Origin: Actinomycetes bacterium
GTDB taxonomy: Bacteria; Actinomycetota; Actinomycetes; S36-B12; UBA5976
Direction of reading: 5' to 3'
DNA length: 59,974 bases
NCBI GenBank assembly: GCA_037137575.1
Contig: JBAXKB010000005.1
Span: forward strand, 1-59,974
A model generated the notes under the pieces. It was not told where the DNA came from. It saw nothing but the letters and a program-made list of their open reading frames with translations, and did not search any database. The first letter of the stretch is position 1, and each line of letters starts with the position of its first letter. Shown one piece after another: positions 1 through 9,490 of the stretch. Position numbers and translations under genes: made by a program.

Positions 1-52
1 AGGTTTATTGAGAGCGGAAAATTCACGACGGTAGGAGTGAATTTAATAAATG

Positions 53-67
53 CTGGAGCGGGTGACC
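53..67 (-). other. tRNA-Gly 3'-end fragment (acceptor arm plus CCA), possible recombination scar
   Basis: TGGAGCGGGTGACC is the reverse complement of GGTCACCCGCTCCA. The 12 nt at 56-67 are identical to 146-157 at the 3' end of the intact tRNA-Gly gene. Confidence 0.4.
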
Positions 68-115
68 AACGTTTTGTGACGATAGGAACGAAACGATAGG
101 TACTGCCGAACCTTT

Positions 116-128
116 GGTTCGATCCCGG
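116..128 (+). repeat. inverted copy of the tRNA-Gly T-arm
   Basis: GGTTCGATCCCGG is the exact reverse complement of 156-168 inside tRNA-Gly. No full cloverleaf can be built around it. Confidence 0.4.
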
Positions 129-146
129 GCAGCCGGGAGCGTAGCG

Positions 147-217
147 AGCGGGTGACCGGGATCGAACCGGCATGGCCAGCTTGGAAGGCTGGGGCTCTAC
201 CATTGAGCTACACCCGC
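147..217 (-). tRNA. tRNA-Gly (anticodon UCC)
   Basis: The reverse complement folds as GCGGGTG/TA/GCTC-AATGGTA-GAGC/CCAGC-CTTCCAA-GCTGG/T-loop TTCGATC/CACCCGC-T. The anticodon is TCC and CCA is not encoded. Confidence 0.92.
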
Positions 218-295
218 GGGAGTCAGATTTAACCGTATTAGTTTTGGCTTCTTCTGTAATTCTGACCGCGGTTTAGCCTATCGTATTTTTTGCAT

Positions 296-301
296 TAGAC
301 T
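296..301 (+). promoter_or_regulatory. candidate -10 (TAGACT) for tRNA-Pro
   Basis: A TANNNT hexamer lies 12 nt upstream of the mature tRNA 5' end. The same hexamer recurs at other promoter-like positions in this window. Confidence 0.35.
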
Positions 302-313
302 TCTGTAGGTAAT

Positions 314-386
314 CGGGGCGTAGCGTAGTGGCTAGCGCGCCTGCTTTGGGAGCAGGAGACCGAGAGTTCGAGTCTCTCCGCCCCGA
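314..386 (+). tRNA. tRNA-Pro (anticodon UGG)
   Basis: The cloverleaf reads CGGGGCG/TA/GCGT..GCGC/CCTGC-TTTGGGA-GCAGG/GAGAG-TTCGAGT-CTCTC/CGCCCCG-A. CCA is not encoded. Confidence 0.92.
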
Positions 387-393
387 CTCTGGT

Positions 394-450
394 GGTCACG
401 GATCTAGTTTCTAGGTCCGTGACCATTTCATACCGCGCCGCGCGGTTTCT
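394..450 (+). terminator. tandem hairpins after tRNA-Pro
   Basis: A 14-bp stem GGTCACGGATCTAG/CTAGGTCCGTGACC spans 394-424. A second hairpin ACCGCG-ccg-CGCGGT followed by TTTCT spans 432-450. Confidence 0.55.
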
Positions 451-473
451 AGAGCCGGATTATTAGGAGAGCT

Positions 474-1808
474 GTGAAAAGCGCAGTAGAGAATCTTTCA
501 GCAACACGTGTCAAGGTATCGATTGATCTTGAGTTTTCTGAGTTGAAGCCAAGTTTGGATGCTGCTTATCAGCGCATTGCGTCTCAGGTGAGTATTCCGG
601 GTTTCCGTAAGGGCCATATTCCTGCGCGCATTATTGATCAGCGTTTCGGTAAGGGCGCTGCTCTTGATGAAGCGGTTAATGATGCGATTCCCTCTAGTTT
701 GTCTGAGGTAATTGTTGAGAATAATTTTGTCCAGATGAGTCGTCCTGATGTCGATGTGACTGCTTTGGATGAAACTGTTGGTTTGAGTTTTACTGCTGAG
801 TTTGATATTCGTCCTGATTTCGATTTGCCCGATTTTGGTGAGTTGAAGGTTGTTGTTGAAGACCCTGACGTTACTGATGCGCATGTTGAAGAGCAGTTGG
901 ATGAGTTGCGTGCTCGTTTTGGTTCCTTGAAGACTGTTGAGCGTGCGTCTGTAGATGGCGACATCGTCGTTGTCGATTTGCGTGGAAGTCATAATGATGT
1001 TGAAGTTCCAGATTTGAGTGCTCAGGGTTTGAGTTACGAACTTGGCTCTGATGGCATGGTTGCAGGTTTTGATGATGCGGTTCGTGGCGCTTCTGCGGAC
1101 GAGGTTCGTAATTTTGTGTTTACCCCAACTAATGGCGAGTGGGCCGAGAAGTCGGTTGTTGTCGAGGTGAGTGTGCGCCAGGTTCGTGAGCGTGAGTTGC
1201 CTAAGGCTGACGACGTTTTTGCGCAACTTGCAAGCGAGTTCGACACCATTGATGAGTTGCGTGCTGATTTACGTGATCGTCTGGGTCGTATGCGTTTACT
1301 TGAGCAGGCATACCAGGCTCGGGATTTAACTCAGGATGCGTTGATGGAAGCGATCAAGGTTGAGGTTCCTGCTGGCGCTGTGGCTGATGAGATTTCGTCA
1401 CATTTCCAGGATGGCCATGGCGATGATTCTCATCGTGAAGAGTTCGAGTCTCAGGCTCGCACTGGCATAAAGAGCCGCATGGTTTTGGACAAGATTGCTG
1501 AATCAGAAGATTTGCAAGTTAACGACGCTGAGATGACTCAGTGGTTAATCAGTGAGGCGCAGCGTTACCAGATGGCGCCAGATCAGTTTGCTGACGAGTT
1601 GGTTAAAGCTGGCCAGATCAATGCCGCTGTTGCTGAAGTTCGTCGGACAAAGGCTTTATCTTTTGTGCTTGAGCAGGTTCAGGTTGTCGATAAGTCTGGC
1701 CGTGAGATTGATTTGGAATCTGTTTTGCGTGGCCCACAGCCTGCAGTTGATTTCGATGCAGCTTTTGACCAAGACTCAGATACCGAGAATTTCGAAGCTA
1801 ACGAGTAG
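474..1808 (+). CDS. tig: trigger factor
   Basis: GTG start 5 nt after AGGAGA. The N-terminal ribosome-binding motif GFRKGHIP is present, length is 444 aa, and the gene sits upstream of clpP1P2X. Confidence 0.95.
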   Translation: MKSAVENLSATRVKVSIDLEFSELKPSLDAAYQRIASQVSIPGFRKGHIPARIIDQRFGKGAALDEAVNDAIPSSLSEVIVENNFVQMSRPDVDVTALDETVGLSFTAEFDIRPDFDLPDFGELKVVVEDPDVTDAHVEEQLDELRARFGSLKTVERASVDGDIVVVDLRGSHNDVEVPDLSAQGLSYELGSDGMVAGFDDAVRGASADEVRNFVFTPTNGEWAEKSVVVEVSVRQVRERELPKADDVFAQLASEFDTIDELRADLRDRLGRMRLLEQAYQARDLTQDALMEAIKVEVPAGAVADEISSHFQDGHGDDSHREEFESQARTGIKSRMVLDKIAESEDLQVNDAEMTQWLISEAQRYQMAPDQFADELVKAGQINAAVAEVRRTKALSFVLEQVQVVDKSGREIDLESVLRGPQPAVDFDAAFDQDSDTENFEANE

Positions 1809-1953
1809 CCGCTGATGCCCCGATTGGTTTTGGGGTTGCGGTCTTTTTCTTTCCCACGCTGTCAGCGAACATAACTATGTCGCTCGGGCGAATGACGCAT
1901 GTGCAGGGTAGTGTCTAACTATTACAGACATTTGTGCCTTCGAAGGAGTCATT

Positions 1954-2592
1954 GTGAGTGGAATTGAGGTGCCGGGTTTAATCCTCCCGGAATCACGCAC
2001 CCCATCGGCGGGTGTTGCAGGTTTTGACGATTCGGTCTACCAGCGGTTACTGCGCGAGCGCATCATTTTTCTAGGTTCTCAGGTTGAGGATTCAATGGCT
2101 AATGCCATTTGTGCGCAGATGCTTTTGCTTTCTGCTGATGATCCTGAACGCGACATTTTCCTTTACATCAATTCACCTGGTGGCTCGGTTAGCGCCGGTA
2201 TGGCTATCTACGACACCATGCAGTTTGTGAAGAACGATGTAGCAACTGTCGCTATGGGATTGGCAGCTTCGATGGGCCAATTCTTGTTGTGTGCTGGCGC
2301 ACAGGGCAAGCGTTACTCGCTGCCACATGCTCGCATCATGATGCATCAGCCCTCTGGTGGTATCGGTGGCACAGCGTCAGATATCAAGATTCAGGCGGAG
2401 CAGATGCTTTACACCAAGACCAAGATGGCCGAACTCATTGCTGAGCACACAGGCCAGACTCAAGAAACCATCAAGAACGATTCAGACCGCGATCGTTGGT
2501 TCACGGCGGAGGATGCCAAAGAATACGGATTTGTTGATCATGTTGTGCGCAGTGCGCGCGACGTTATTGGCGAAGGCGGAACAGGAGCGTAA
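1954..2592 (+). CDS. clpP1: ATP-dependent Clp protease proteolytic subunit 1
   Basis: GAAGGAG SD plus GTG start. ClpP signatures are present: INSPGGSV, active-site Ser in AASMG, and His in MMHQP. Confidence 0.95.
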   Translation: MSGIEVPGLILPESRTPSAGVAGFDDSVYQRLLRERIIFLGSQVEDSMANAICAQMLLLSADDPERDIFLYINSPGGSVSAGMAIYDTMQFVKNDVATVAMGLAASMGQFLLCAGAQGKRYSLPHARIMMHQPSGGIGGTASDIKIQAEQMLYTKTKMAELIAEHTGQTQETIKNDSDRDRWFTAEDAKEYGFVDHVVRSARDVIGEGGTGA

Positions 2593-2594
2593 TT

Positions 2595-3233
2595 ATGACA
2601 AAGAAACTTTCACCAGCGGATTACGCACCACAGGGTCGTTATGTGTTGCCTAGTTACATCGAGCGCACCCCACAGGGTATTCGCGAATACAACCCGTACA
2701 ACAAGTTGTTCGAAGAGCGCATCATCTTCTTGGGTGTGCAGATTGACGATGCCTCAGCAGATGACGTAATGGCTCAGTTGCTCGTACTTGAGTCACTTGA
2801 TCCTGATCGCGATATTCAGATTTATATCAACTCTCCTGGTGGTTCGTATACAGCCATGACGGCTATTTACGACACCATGCAGTTCGTTAAGTGTGATGTC
2901 CAGACTGTTTGTTTGGGCCAGGCCGCATCTGCTGCAGCTGTAATTCTTGCTGCCGGTACTGCTGGCAAACGTTTTGCGTTGCCACATGCTCGCGTACTTA
3001 TTCATCAGCCGTACACCGAAGGTGGCGGTCAGGGAAGTGACATCGAAATTCAGGCAAACGAAATCATTCGTATGCGCGAGGAGATGGAAGGCATCTTTGC
3101 CCTCCATACCAAGCAAGATCTTGCTCAGGTGGCTAACGACATTGAGCGCGACAAAATTTTGACTGCCCCAATGGCAAAAGAGTACGGAATCATTGACGAA
3201 GTTTTGTCTACTAGAGTCCCACTAATTAAGTAG
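2595..3233 (+). CDS. clpP2: ATP-dependent Clp protease proteolytic subunit 2
   Basis: Second ClpP paralog, starting 2 nt after the clpP1 stop. Signatures: [13 protein letters not shown] Ser, LIHQP His. Confidence 0.95.
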   Translation: MTKKLSPADYAPQGRYVLPSYIERTPQGIREYNPYNKLFEERIIFLGVQIDDASADDVMAQLLVLESLDPDRDIQIYINSPGGSYTAMTAIYDTMQFVKCDVQTVCLGQAASAAAVILAAGTAGKRFALPHARVLIHQPYTEGGGQGSDIEIQANEIIRMREEMEGIFALHTKQDLAQVANDIERDKILTAPMAKEYGIIDEVLSTRVPLIK

Positions 3234-3394
3234 TAAGTAACGGTAAGTACGTAGCAATTCACTTCCTGACAGTTAAGTTTTAACACTTTCTGTACTTTGC
3301 GGCGTGTACAACAAGAGATAGTCAGTGTTTCGGGGTAGTTTTAAATAACGCTCTCTAGTAAGCGAAACACTTATTCCCCCAGGAGGTGCACACT

Positions 3395-4675
3395 ATGGCT
3401 CGAGTTGGCGAAAGTAGCGAACTTTTAAAATGCTCGTTTTGTGGCAAAAGCCAGAAACAGGTTAAGAAGTTAATCGCCGGACCCGGTGTTTACATCTGTG
3501 ACGAGTGCATCGATCTTTGTAACGAAATCATTGAAGAAGAGCTTGGTGAGTCAGTAAACCTCGGCTGGGATGAACTTCCTAAGCCACGTGAAATCTACTC
3601 CTTCCTAGATCAGTACATCATCGGTCAGGATGCTGCTAAGAAGTCACTTTCTGTTGCGGTCTACAACCATTACAAGCGAGTTCAAGCTGGTGCAAATGCT
3701 GGCGGCCGTGACGACACGGTAGAACTAGCGAAATCGAATATCTTGCTTCTTGGCCCGACTGGTTCAGGCAAAACTCTGCTGGCCCAAACTCTTGCCCGCA
3801 TGCTAAATGTGCCATTCGCGATTGCTGATGCCACTGCGCTTACTGAAGCTGGCTATGTTGGTGAAGATGTTGAAAACATTTTGCTAAAACTAATTCAAGC
3901 TGCTGATTACGATGTAAAGAAAGCCGAGACAGGCATCATTTACATCGATGAAATCGATAAAGTTGCCCGAAAGAGCGAGAACCCGTCAATCACCCGCGAC
4001 GTTTCCGGTGAAGGCGTGCAGCAAGCGCTGCTAAAGATTCTTGAAGGAACAACAGCTTCGGTGCCGCCACAGGGTGGGCGCAAGCATCCACATCAGGAAT
4101 TCATCCAAATCGATACCACCAATGTTTTGTTCATTGTTGGTGGCGCCTTTGCTGGACTCGATGAAATCATTCGACAGCGAGCTGGCAAGAAGTCGCTTGG
4201 CTTCACCGCTTCGGTTGGCGAAGATGATAAAGACGAGATGGACATTTTTGGTCAGGTAATGCCAGAAGACATGCTGCGTTTTGGCATGATCCCTGAATTT
4301 ATTGGTCGGCTACCAGTATTCACATCAGTGAGTGCGCTAGATGAAGAAGCGCTTGTTCGAGTTCTTACTGAACCACGCAACGCTTTAGTTCGTCAGTACC
4401 AGAAGTTGTTTGAACTCGATGGGGTTGAACTTGAATTCACCCAGGATGCACTTGCTGCAGTTGCGGGCCTTGCTGTGCTACGCGGCACCGGCGCTCGCGG
4501 CCTGCGCGCAATTCTTGAAGAGGTATTGCTTACTGTTATGTACGACGTACCGAGTCGCGAAGACGTGGCCCGCGTTGTGATCGATAGCGATGTAGTGCTT
4601 AAAAACGTCAACCCAACATTGGTTCCGCGTGAAGCGCCGGCACCAAAGCGGATTCCAAAAGAGAAAACTGCTTAA
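3395..4675 (+). CDS. clpX: ATP-dependent Clp protease ATP-binding subunit ClpX
   Basis: Zn-finger CSFCGK..CDEC, Walker A GPTGSGKT, and Walker [11 protein letters not shown] prefer the ATG at 3395, 6 nt after AGGAGGTG; the ORF track opens at the GTG at 3386, which lies inside the SD. Confidence 0.95.
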   Translation: MARVGESSELLKCSFCGKSQKQVKKLIAGPGVYICDECIDLCNEIIEEELGESVNLGWDELPKPREIYSFLDQYIIGQDAAKKSLSVAVYNHYKRVQAGANAGGRDDTVELAKSNILLLGPTGSGKTLLAQTLARMLNVPFAIADATALTEAGYVGEDVENILLKLIQAADYDVKKAETGIIYIDEIDKVARKSENPSITRDVSGEGVQQALLKILEGTTASVPPQGGRKHPHQEFIQIDTTNVLFIVGGAFAGLDEIIRQRAGKKSLGFTASVGEDDKDEMDIFGQVMPEDMLRFGMIPEFIGRLPVFTSVSALDEEALVRVLTEPRNALVRQYQKLFELDGVELEFTQDALAAVAGLAVLRGTGARGLRAILEEVLLTVMYDVPSREDVARVVIDSDVVLKNVNPTLVPREAPAPKRIPKEKTA

Positions 4676-4691
4676 CCAAATTTAGACATAG

Positions 4692-4721
4692 AAAAACCCT
4701 CGGTAGCAACCGAGGGTTTTT
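4692..4721. terminator. bidirectional intrinsic terminator (clpX / valS)
   Basis: AAAAACCCTCGG-tagcaa-CCGAGGGTTTTT is a perfect 7-bp GC-rich stem flanked by A-run and T-run, sitting between convergent genes. Confidence 0.8.
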
Positions 4722-4736
4722 CATTTGGCTCAATGG

Positions 4737-7286
4737 TTATTCTGTTACTGGACTCAAATCTGCAGTGACGACTATCTGTCCTTCGGAAACTGTGTAATTG
4801 AACTCACCAGATACACGCCCAGCCGCGAGCAAATCACGAGCCGCTTGTTGGATGAATTCAATCTGCGCCTGTGAAGCCGTGATGTTTGCGTTTTCTAATC
4901 CGGCTTTCATAGAAACTTTTGCTTCACTCTTAATCTTTCGAAGCTGGGAAAGTACTTCAGCCACGCCAGCTAATGCCTTTGCATCGCCGCCATGTGCTCG
5001 AAGTGAATCAGACTTAGGCCAGCCGCCTGTGTGCACTGATCCTTCTTGCCACCAGGACCAAACTTCTTCAGTCACGAATGGTAAGAACGGTGCGAATAAC
5101 TGCAGCAAAGTTTCCAAAGTAACACCAAGTGTTGCTTTGGCTGATTCACCTTCGCTAGCACCAGCAAGTCCGTAGGCGCGGTCTTTAACTAATTCAAGGT
5201 GATCGTCACAGAATGCCCAGAAGAACGATTCAGTAACTTCCAACGCCTTGGTGTAGTTGAATGCTTCAAAAGCCGCTGTTGCTTGATCAACCACGTCGGC
5301 AAGTGCTGCTAGTAATGCTTTGTCGATTGGGGCGTTAATTGCTGAAACCGGGGCTGTGCCTTGACTTAACACAAACTTGCTAGCGTTCAGAAGTTTTACA
5401 GCAAGACGACGGCCAATTTTCATCTGGCCAACATCAAATGCAGTATCGGTGCCTGGGCGACCAGAAGCAGCCCAGTAACGCACAGCGTCGCTGCCGTGTT
5501 CGTCTAGTAAATCGATAGGAGTGACAACATTTCCTTTGGATTTACTCATTTTCTTGCGATCAGGGTCCAAAATCCAACCACTAATTGCTGCGTGCTTCCA
5601 GGGAAGTTCGTTTGATTCAAGATGAGCGCGCACAACCGTACTGAAAAGCCAAGTGCGAATAATTTCATGAGCCTGCGGGCGCACATCAAACGGCCAAACG
5701 CGCTGCCACAAATCGTCGTCCACACTCCAGCCGCCGGCAATCTGCGGAGTGAGTGATGATGTTGCCCAAGTATCCATAACGTCTGGGTCGCCGATGAATC
5801 CGCCGGCTATCCCGCGCTGATCTGGCGTGTAACCGGGTGGGCAATCGGATGATGGATCAATAGGTAGATCGCCATCATTTGGCACAAGTACTTCATCCCA
5901 TTTGGGATTGCCATCGTTATCGACTGCGTACCAAACTGGAAGTGGAACTCCAAAGAAGCGTTGGCGCGACACAAGCCAGTCGCCATTTAGACCTTCAACC
6001 CAGTTTTCGTAGCGCACTTGCATGTGTGCTGGATGCCAAGTTATTTCGCCACCGCGAGCAACGAGTTCGTCGCGCAGTTTCTCGTCACGACCACCATTAC
6101 GGATGTACCACTGACGAGTAGTAACAATTTCAAGAGGCTTGTCGCCCTTTTCAAAGAATTTAACTGGATGGGTTATTGGGCGAATTTCGCCTTCCAGGTC
6201 GCCAGATTCGCGCAAAAGTTGCGCAATCTTTTCTTTAGCCGAATGCGCAGTTAGTCCAGCAGTAGCTGAGTAAACGTTCTGTCCAAGTTCTGATGTGATC
6301 CAAGCTGGCACTTCGCTAATGATTCGACCATCCCAACCAATAATTGGGCGAGTTGGTAGTTGCAATTCGCGCCACCAAATTACATCGGTCAGATCACCAA
6401 AAGTACAAATCATGGCGATACCTGAACCCTTTTCTGGGTCAGCAAGTTTGTGGGCAAGAATCGGCACTTCAACGCCAAATAATGGAGAAGTAACAGTTGT
6501 GCCAAAAAGTGGTTGGTAACGCTCGTCGTCAGGGTGAGCAACCAGCGCAACGCACGCGCCAAGAAGTTCAGGACGAGTTGTTTCAATAAAAAGTTTTTCA
6601 CCATTTGGCTTATGGAATGAGACACGGTGGTAAGCGCCAGGGCGTTCGCGATCTTCAAGTTCGGCCTGGGCAACAGCAGTTCGGAACGTCACATCCCAAA
6701 GTGTTGGCGCTTCACTCTGGTAAGCCTCGTTACGCGAAATGTTATTTAGAAATGCCCGCTGCGAGATCGCTTGTGAGCGTGCGCCAATGGTCTGATAAGT
6801 CATTTTCCAGTCGACGCTGATACCAAGTCGGCGCCACAGCTCTTCGAAGACTTTTTCATCTTCGACAGTTAGTCGTTCACACAGTTCAACAAAGTTGCGA
6901 CGCGAAATCGCAATCGCATCTTTGCCAACCTCAGCAGGTGGCTCAAAGTTTGGATCGTATGGAAGCGATGGATCGCATCGAACTCCGAAATAGTTCTGCA
7001 CGCGTCGTTCAGTTGGCAGACCGTTGTCGTCCCAGCCCATTGGGTAGAAAACTTTTTTACCGGTCATTCGCTGGTAACGAGCTATGCAGTCGGTATGTGT
7101 ATACGAGAAGACGTGGCCAACATGAAGTGAGCCGCTCGCAGTTGGTGGTGGTGTATCGATTGAGAAAACATCAGCGCGCGTTGCCGTGCGGTCAAAGGAA
7201 TATGTGCCGGCATCGTCCCAGCTTGTGAGCCATTTTTGCTCAAGGCCCTCTAGGGATGGCTTCTCTGGAACTGTATTGGTGGTCAT
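4737..7286 (-). CDS. valS: valine--tRNA ligase
   Basis: HIGH-type motif SLHVGH, KMSKS motif, about 850 aa. The ATG at 7286 (MTTNTVPEKPSLEG) is preferred; the ORF extends to an in-frame GTG at 7313. Confidence 0.93.
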   Translation of the reverse strand: MTTNTVPEKPSLEGLEQKWLTSWDDAGTYSFDRTATRADVFSIDTPPPTASGSLHVGHVFSYTHTDCIARYQRMTGKKVFYPMGWDDNGLPTERRVQNYFGVRCDPSLPYDPNFEPPAEVGKDAIAISRRNFVELCERLTVEDEKVFEELWRRLGISVDWKMTYQTIGARSQAISQRAFLNNISRNEAYQSEAPTLWDVTFRTAVAQAELEDRERPGAYHRVSFHKPNGEKLFIETTRPELLGACVALVAHPDDERYQPLFGTTVTSPLFGVEVPILAHKLADPEKGSGIAMICTFGDLTDVIWWRELQLPTRPIIGWDGRIISEVPAWITSELGQNVYSATAGLTAHSAKEKIAQLLRESGDLEGEIRPITHPVKFFEKGDKPLEIVTTRQWYIRNGGRDEKLRDELVARGGEITWHPAHMQVRYENWVEGLNGDWLVSRQRFFGVPLPVWYAVDNDGNPKWDEVLVPNDGDLPIDPSSDCPPGYTPDQRGIAGGFIGDPDVMDTWATSSLTPQIAGGWSVDDDLWQRVWPFDVRPQAHEIIRTWLFSTVVRAHLESNELPWKHAAISGWILDPDRKKMSKSKGNVVTPIDLLDEHGSDAVRYWAASGRPGTDTAFDVGQMKIGRRLAVKLLNASKFVLSQGTAPVSAINAPIDKALLAALADVVDQATAAFEAFNYTKALEVTESFFWAFCDDHLELVKDRAYGLAGASEGESAKATLGVTLETLLQLFAPFLPFVTEEVWSWWQEGSVHTGGWPKSDSLRAHGGDAKALAGVAEVLSQLRKIKSEAKVSMKAGLENANITASQAQIEFIQQAARDLLAAGRVSGEFNYTVSEGQIVVTADLSPVTE

Positions 7287-7315
7287 GAGCCTTAATTCTG
7301 CCAGAACATGCACCC

Positions 7316-7321
7316 TAGACT
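7316..7321 (+). promoter_or_regulatory. -10 TAGACT, leaderless geometry for folC
   Basis: TAGACT, then 6 nt, then GTG (7328). No SD is present. Confidence 0.45.
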
Positions 7322-7327
7322 TAACCC

Positions 7328-8674
7328 GTGACCAAGGAACCTGAAATGACTGAATTGGCCCGAGTTGAGGAAGTTCTTAATTCGCGCTGGCCAGAGACAC
7401 GAATCGAGCCGAGTCTCGATCGAATTGCGCACTTAATGACGCTGCTTGGCGACCCGCAATTGGCCTATCCGGTTATTCACATCACTGGAACCAATGGAAA
7501 ATCTTCAACCGCGCGCATGATTGAATCGTTACTTCGGGCGCGTGGCTTAACTACAGGATTAGTAACCAGCCCGCATTTACACAGTATTAACGAGCGCATC
7601 CAACTTGATGGTTTGCCAGTTGACGCTGACACATTTGTTCGGGCATATGACGAGATTGAGCCGTTCTTAGCCTTGGTAGATGCCCAGAGTATTAATAACG
7701 GCGGACCAGCGATGTCTTACTTTGAAGCATTAACTGGTTTAGCTTTCGCAATCTTCGCTGACACGCCTATCGATGTGGCAATTGTCGAAGTAGGTATGGG
7801 CGGCACTTGGGATGCCACAAATGTGGTGCAAGCCGATATTGCAGTAGTTATGCCAATTGGCCTTGATCACACCGAATACCTTGGTGAAACTATCGCCGAA
7901 ATCGCTGGCGAGAAAGCGGGCATCATAAAACCTGGCTCGATTGCGGTCTTGGCGCAGCAGCAACCCGAAGCGGCCGAAGTTTTATTGCGACGCGCTGTTG
8001 AAGTTGATGCGCCAGTTTTGCGTGAAGGTCTTGAATTTGGTGTGGTGGATCGAGCCTTAGCATTGGGTGGCCAAGTGATCACATTGCATGGCATCACTGG
8101 GGACTACTCAGATATCGTTCTACCATTATTCGGCGCGCATCAGGCAGCAAATGCAAGTGTTGCACTTACCGCAGTTGAAGCTTTTTTCGGCGGTGGTGAT
8201 CCAATTAGTGAAGAGAATGTGCACACGGCTTTTGCCGGTGTTAATTCGCCAGGGCGCCTTGAAGTTGTTAGGCGCAGTCCAACTGTGATTGTCGATGCAG
8301 CACACAATCCGCATGGAGCCGCAGTTTTAGCAACCGCGTTGGAAGAGTCGTTCACATTTGAATCGATAATCGGGGTTGTCTCAATCATGGGCGATAAAGA
8401 TGTTGATGGAATCTTGGCTGCATTTGATGGTTTGTTCGATCAGATAGTGGTTACGCACAATGGAACACTCCGAGCAATGCCAGCGAACGATTTGGCCGAA
8501 AAGGCTGAAGCTATTTTTGGTAGCGATCGCGTGACTGTAGCAAGCAATCTTGCTGAGGCAATTTCACAAGCGGTTGCAATGGCTGACGCAGCTGGAACCA
8601 GCGGTGTTGGGGTAGTTGTGACGGGCTCTGTTGTTACAGCCGGTGTGGCTCGCGCACTAGTGGGTCGCTCATGA
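7328..8674 (+). CDS. folC: bifunctional folylpolyglutamate synthase / dihydrofolate synthase
   Basis: Mur-ligase P-loop ITGTNGKSS, 448 aa, in the conserved position next to valS. Confidence 0.9.
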   Translation: MTKEPEMTELARVEEVLNSRWPETRIEPSLDRIAHLMTLLGDPQLAYPVIHITGTNGKSSTARMIESLLRARGLTTGLVTSPHLHSINERIQLDGLPVDADTFVRAYDEIEPFLALVDAQSINNGGPAMSYFEALTGLAFAIFADTPIDVAIVEVGMGGTWDATNVVQADIAVVMPIGLDHTEYLGETIAEIAGEKAGIIKPGSIAVLAQQQPEAAEVLLRRAVEVDAPVLREGLEFGVVDRALALGGQVITLHGITGDYSDIVLPLFGAHQAANASVALTAVEAFFGGGDPISEENVHTAFAGVNSPGRLEVVRRSPTVIVDAAHNPHGAAVLATALEESFTFESIIGVVSIMGDKDVDGILAAFDGLFDQIVVTHNGTLRAMPANDLAEKAEAIFGSDRVTVASNLAEAISQAVAMADAAGTSGVGVVVTGSVVTAGVARALVGRS

Positions 8675-9039
8675 AAATGATGGGCAGCGCAGTGATGATG
8701 CTTGAAGTCATCGTCATTGGATTAGTCATGCCAGTTGCACATGTTGTCTACGAATACCCACTCTCAACGGTGGTGTGGAGCGCTTCTGGGTTGATGTTGC
8801 TTTGCATACTTTCCATTGGCAGCATGAGGCGTGATCGCCGCACTGCCGTTGCAACTGGTTCATTCGTGCAGATTCTGGTCTTTATTACCGCGCTATTTAT
8901 TAAGCCATTTTTGGTACCGGCGATTTTGTTCGGTCTCATCTGGATTTTGGCCGTTGTGTTAAGCGCTCGAGTAGATGTTGCAAAAGCTGCTAAAGCGCAG
9001 GGCCAACAAGGGGATAGCGCCAATACGGAAAGCGTTTAG
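8671..9039 (+). CDS. small membrane protein (DUF4233-like)
   Basis: ATGA overlap with folC. Three to four hydrophobic helices. A small membrane protein occupies the folC-ndk interval in Actinobacteria. Confidence 0.7.
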   Translation: MKMMGSAVMMLEVIVIGLVMPVAHVVYEYPLSTVVWSASGLMLLCILSIGSMRRDRRTAVATGSFVQILVFITALFIKPFLVPAILFGLIWILAVVLSARVDVAKAAKAQGQQGDSANTESV

Positions 9040-9042
9040 ACT
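9037..9042 (+). promoter_or_regulatory. -10 TAGACT, leaderless geometry for ndk
   Basis: TAGACT, then 7 nt, then ATG (9050). The TAG is the stop codon of the upstream gene. Confidence 0.45.
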
Positions 9043-9049
9043 AGTGGGC

Positions 9050-9457
9050 ATGACTGAACGCACATTAGTTTTAATCAAGCCAGACGGCGTACAGCGCGGC
9101 CTAGTTGGCGAAGTCCTTTCACGGATTGAAACCAAAGGTTACAAAATTGTGGCTCTGGAACTTCGCACCTTAGATCGCGCAATCGCTGAATCACATTATG
9201 GCGAGCACTCGGAGAAGTCATTCTTTGCGCCACTCGTCGATTTCATTACCGGTGGCCCACTAGTTGCTGCGGTAATCGAAGGGCCGGATGCAATCCTTTC
9301 CTGGCGAGCAATGATGGGCGCAACCAACCCAGCTAATGCAGCGCCTGGAACTATCCGCGGGGACTTAGCTACTGAAACACAGTTAAACGTCACTCACGGT
9401 TCTGATTCACCAGAATCAGCAGCTCGAGAAATATCATTGTTCTTCCCAAACATCTAA
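9050..9457 (+). CDS. ndk: nucleoside-diphosphate kinase
   Basis: [14 protein letters not shown] start, active-site NVTHGSDS, 135 aa. The upstream part of the ORF track (8975-9049) overlaps the preceding gene. Confidence 0.93.
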   Translation: MTERTLVLIKPDGVQRGLVGEVLSRIETKGYKIVALELRTLDRAIAESHYGEHSEKSFFAPLVDFITGGPLVAAVIEGPDAILSWRAMMGATNPANAAPGTIRGDLATETQLNVTHGSDSPESAAREISLFFPNI

Positions 9458-9490
9458 TCTCGGCTTAACTTTCCAACTAAGGCGGCGTGC

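Noticed and set aside
498-1226. 242-aa ORF antisense to tig. Similar long antisense ORFs occur at 10899-11450, 17595-18095, 37372-37908, 39373-39969, 53970-54473, 56857-57354 and 59286-59786.
   Set aside because: Each lies wholly inside a well-recognised sense gene. They lack start-site signals, and their composition is typical of frame-shadow ORFs.
1880-1891. Palindrome TCGC-TCGG-GCGA upstream of clpP1, considered as a ClgR operator
   Set aside because: As I recall it, the ClgR consensus is CGC-N5-GCG. This site has a 4-nt spacer, and I found no second copy upstream of clpX. That is not enough to call it.
3381-3397. Recurring GGAG(G)TGCACA(CT)ATG start context at clpX (3381), obg (15576) and the OTC gene (24065), considered as a special motif
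   Set aside because: It is explained by an extended Shine-Dalgarno (AGGAGGTG, complementary to the 16S 3' end) followed by a normal spacer. The in-frame GTG that opens the ORF-track calls is part of the SD, not a start.
4737-7313. T-box or attenuator leaders for the aminoacyl-tRNA synthetase genes (valS, leuS at 26176, glyQS at 48403)
   Set aside because: The available upstream non-coding space is only about 41, 33 and 55 nt respectively, far too short for a T-box. No specifier or terminator hairpins were seen.
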